Part shown: positions 51,705 through 54,966 of the stretch, piece by piece | Layout: each line of letters starts with the position of its first letter | Numbering within the stretch: the first letter of the stretch is position 1 | Translations under genes and position numbers: made by a program | Notes under the pieces: model-generated | Seen by the model: only the letters and a program-made list of their open reading frames with translations | Database searches by the model: none | Told to the model about the DNA's origin: nothing | Source: Aplysia californica | Taxonomy: Eukaryota | DNA length: 54,966 nucleotides | NCBI RefSeq assembly: GCF_000002075.1 | Contig: NW_004798204.1 | Span: 148,332 to 203,297 of the forward strand | Reading direction: 5' to 3'

Positions 51705-53736
51705 ATGTATTATGTATAGTTGCGTTTAAAAGAAACTTGAAAATGTAATCGTCCAATCATCGTGTTAAAACGTTGCACTAACCACTCATGCAGCATACTA
51801 ATTTAAAAGTAAATAAATTCTACATAATCTGACATATTTAATAATTCTTCTATGTTAAAAGACGTCCGAGATATGGTCACTTAAAATTGACCTTAAAAAA
51901 GCAGGCTCGGCAAAACTGTGCAAAATCTAGAAGAAAAAAAAACCCCTCGTAAAATTGTCTTCGTGCTTGTTTTGAGGAGCATCAATATTGATAAAAAGGA
52001 AATTTATACATTGCATATTCAATCAATGGAGCTTTGTCTGTACTATATTTATACAATATTTTATAACGATTGTTTCAGACAAAGCGGAAAACAAAGCATT
52101 AACATTAAGTGTGCTTATTATTATTATGCTTAGGAGCCATTGGTTTTGTATGAGCACGAGCCCTTTGGGAATCGACTCCACTACATTAATTTGGACATTT
52201 ATCTATCGTTTCATCCCAAATGTCACAGAGAGGAGAGGAGCAAACAAAGGGTCTGAATTGGGAACAAAGTCGCTTTTCTTCAGCTCCTGTTCAGTAGGAC
52301 TTCACATACCAGTTGGCTCCATACAGGAGTTATGAAGTGACCCCCTCCAACGTTGATATGGTTTGGCTTTCCAAGAATTGTCTTGTAACATTGTCCTTGC
52401 TATGCATGGAAGCTTATTTGAATTACACCATGACGAAAATAAAGGTAAGACTTGACGTTCCCGCACTTGCGCGATGTAGTCGCTAACCAAACCACCAGGT
52501 GATTCTCACGAAGGTGGCTTTGTTCATTCCACCCCAGACCACTCAAAACCATGGCAGTTTCGTGGCCTCTGTTCCTCACTGACAGATGATTATGTCCAAA
52601 TTCTATCCAACACAGCCCGTGTGCAAAAAAAAATATTTCGTGTTCTATAGGAAACCAACAGCTCCTAAACAAAAGTAAATTATACTAATGAGCAGATGTA
52701 ATGTTAAGTCCAGGTCCTGCGTTGTATTTGCGACTGCTCTGTTTCCCAATCTGTTTGAAAATATCATCAGAAGATGTTGTTCATTGCAGAGACAATAATA
52801 TTCTCTTTTCATTTGATACGCAATAATTGTCAATTCCTCCAACATTGATGCACCTCAATATACGCGGTTGCTTTGTTGTGTGTGGTCAGCTGTAAGTCTA
52901 CTTTAAATTTTGCCTTGGTGAGGTGCCACGGAGGGAGGTCGGGGAAAAGACATTTTTGGATGTCTTGTGTGGAAAAGTGTATGTTTTTGAGGCCCTCAAG
53001 GACTCTGACGCCGAAGGGTTTGATGAGTTTTTCGTTGTTTTTGAATTTGTTAAAGGTGTCTGGGTTTGTTCTGAAAATACATTTGTGTGCTGGGTTCTCT
53101 TTTGTTGAGCTTTGTTTAATTGCGTATTGTAGTGAGACTTGTGTGCGTCAGAGTGTGAGTGACGGTACGTTTGTCTCGGCCTGGAGGCTCTCCACTGGAA
53201 AAGTGCAAAATGCCCCCAGGGTGAAGCAAAGTCCTCGGTTTTGTACTGGGTCTAGCATTTTGAGGACGTGGAATTTTGCCGATCTGACAGCCGTTGTGAA
53301 GCCTGGATCGGACAAGGGAAATGTATTGAAGGAGAAGGTGTTTTGAGTCCCCGCCCCACTTCGGATGCGATAAAATTTTCAAAGCGTTTAGCTCTTTCTG
53401 GCACTTCACACGAATGTCTTTTGTGTGTGGAATGAATGTGAGTTTCTTGTCAATTGATATAATGCCGAGGAAACGAGCCTGATCCTGGACTAGATTTTAA
53501 TTATAATGTCAATTGAGCAAGGACGTTTGGAATAAATTCCGCAAATTTAAAACTTCTCAGGCGAATCGACGGTAAGGGGTTCCGAGTATTTGCTGCATGC
53601 TACACTCTGAAAGGTGCCCAGGACTTGGCTGCCCAATGCTCTGATCGCTTGACCACTGTCCAGGTGGATATCTCCTGTACCGAAAGCGTGCGAGAAGCAG
53701 CTGAGATTGTCAAATCAAAGCTGCCACCTGGTAAAG
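48263..53736 (+). CDS. Short-chain dehydrogenase/reductase, RDH/HSD17B6 (SDR9C)-like; first two coding exons 48263-48405 and 53561-53736, gene continues beyond the window
   Basis: MLILFVMLFAFLGWLVHWFLRSLVVGDFDDKYIFVSGCDSGFGKHFA-M-RIDGKGFRVFAACYTLKGAQDLAAQCSDRLTTVQVDIS...PGKG. Hydrophobic anchor plus GCDSGFG Rossmann motif; the phase-2 GT-AG junction keeps the frame. Confidence 0.9.
49468..49630. mobile_element. Tc1/mariner-pogo-like MITE copy
   Basis: TACAGTCGAA start; body matches 17646-17831. Confidence 0.55.
52100..53500 (-). mobile_element. Degraded I/Nimb-like LINE (RT C-terminus and possible RNase H remnant) in the SDR intron
   Basis: Minus-strand remnants: FLGII.IDKKLTF.PH, LNALKILSHPKWG, LLQYISLVRSRL.NGCQI and GAFCTFPVESLQAETNVP in shifting frames. 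Confidence 0.65.
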
Positions 53737-53816
53737 GTAAGGTTTCTGATGTTTAGTTGCCCGTATCACGTGAGTTGTGAGATTCATTGTACCTTGGCGA
53801 GAGAATTAGTCTGATG

Positions 53817-54530
53817 TAAGATAAGATAAGATAAGATAATACTTTATTATCCCACAGGGAAATTTTTCTTGGCTGTACAGGACCGTAAAAACACGTGAAG
53901 ATATACATTTAAAAATGTAAATGATATATTATTACTTTCATTAAAGTTCAATATGAAAAGAGAAGGAAAGCTGACAAAATGTACATATCACATCAAATGC
54001 ATCAGTCAGCCTCAAGCAGGAATTTAATTACAAGACCTTTGGAGTTATATAGATACATACTCTAAAGAGTAATATACACCAATGCTTATTCTGACAATAG
54101 CCTTATGCTAGATGGTAAAAAACTTCTTTTATATCTTTCTTTCTTTGTTTTTAGAGGTACTTATCTGCCGTTGCGCGATCTTACAATATTTGCGTTTAAA
54201 GGTGGTGTGGTGGGTCGTTTATAATGCTTTTTTCTATCTTTTTTATACTTGTGGTATTATACATTTCATCAATTCTAGTAAAATCATACCTAGGGATCTT
54301 GCAGGCTTTTTTAATGGCTTTCTCAAATTTTTCTTTATCTTTCACCCTACAATTCCCAGCCCAACAGCAAATACAAAATGATAGCACGCTTTCAACCATA
54401 GAATGGTATAAAAGGGACATAATGTTATTATTAACACGGAAACATCTTAGTTTCCTTAAAAGGTACATTCTTAGATTTACTTTTTATGCACAAGAACAGC
54501 GTGTGGATGCCAGTCAAGTTTGTTATCAAT
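53817..54530 (-). mobile_element. Rex1/Babar-like LINE 3' fragment
   Basis: MYLLRKLRCFRVNNNIMSLLYHSMVESVLSFCICCWAGN...IKKACKI, with a (TCTTA)n tail at 53817-53838. Confidence 0.75.
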
Positions 54531-54966
54531 TGTTAAACCAAGATACCTGTAAGAGCTTACCACCTCCACCTCCTCATTTTAACAAATAGTTGTTGCAATG
54601 TTTGCGCCCCTCTACATTTGCGCAAGTCAAACATTTGCTGGGGCGCTCATATGACCTTACACAGTTGCTAGCGCCGTAAAGCCTACTAAAACTTTAAAAA
54701 ACTTTTTAAAAGCAACAACATTAAAATTTGCTGCATATTCTCCTCTGCAAATAACCGTACAGTTTTCAAAGAGGCAATAAAATCCATAATGTTATGATAG
54801 CCTAGCAATGTTAGTAACTTTACAAGTACATGTAGTTGTAAAACAAATAAACCGACAAGGAGAATTCTTTCCAGTGGATGGCCCAGGCTCGAATACTCAA
54901 AGGGGCATTCGAATATGGGTCTGTCCTATCCGAGATGGATGCAATAAATAATAATAATAATAATAA

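Noticed and set aside
47053-51756. Long ORFs spanning N-runs and (CA)n/(GA)n tracts, also at 19394-19718 and in each array unit
   Set aside because: Artefacts of masked or gapped sequence and microsatellites.

Overview
Eukaryotic, repeat-rich animal DNA; the repeat spectrum suggests a gastropod mollusc, but that is inference only. Layout: (1) last coding exons of a RECQL5-like gene (SRI domain, 671-1205, +). (2) A decayed Sola-type DNA transposon (~4670-16020, -) interrupted by a ~7 kb TIR-bounded Mutator-like element (8742-15759) whose spliced, now broken gene joins a PHD finger, a vertnin/OTU-like domain and a MULE transposase, with further small insertions nested inside. (3) A young head-to-tail array (20255-41952) of ~4.02-4.05 kb units: five complete plus one truncated. 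Each complete unit carries a CCAAT/TATA/Inr promoter, an intact 3-exon atypical non-RD protein kinase gene (284 aa), a 3' region rich in ACUAAY motifs and, ~810 nt past the stop codon on the same strand, a consensus-perfect type-P1 twister self-cleaving ribozyme. (4) MITEs, LINE relics, a degenerate minisatellite and the first two coding exons of an RDH/HSD17B6-type short-chain dehydrogenase (48263-53736, +). The most notable signal is the amplified kinase gene + twister ribozyme cassette. All calls come from reading the sequence by eye; no searches were run.
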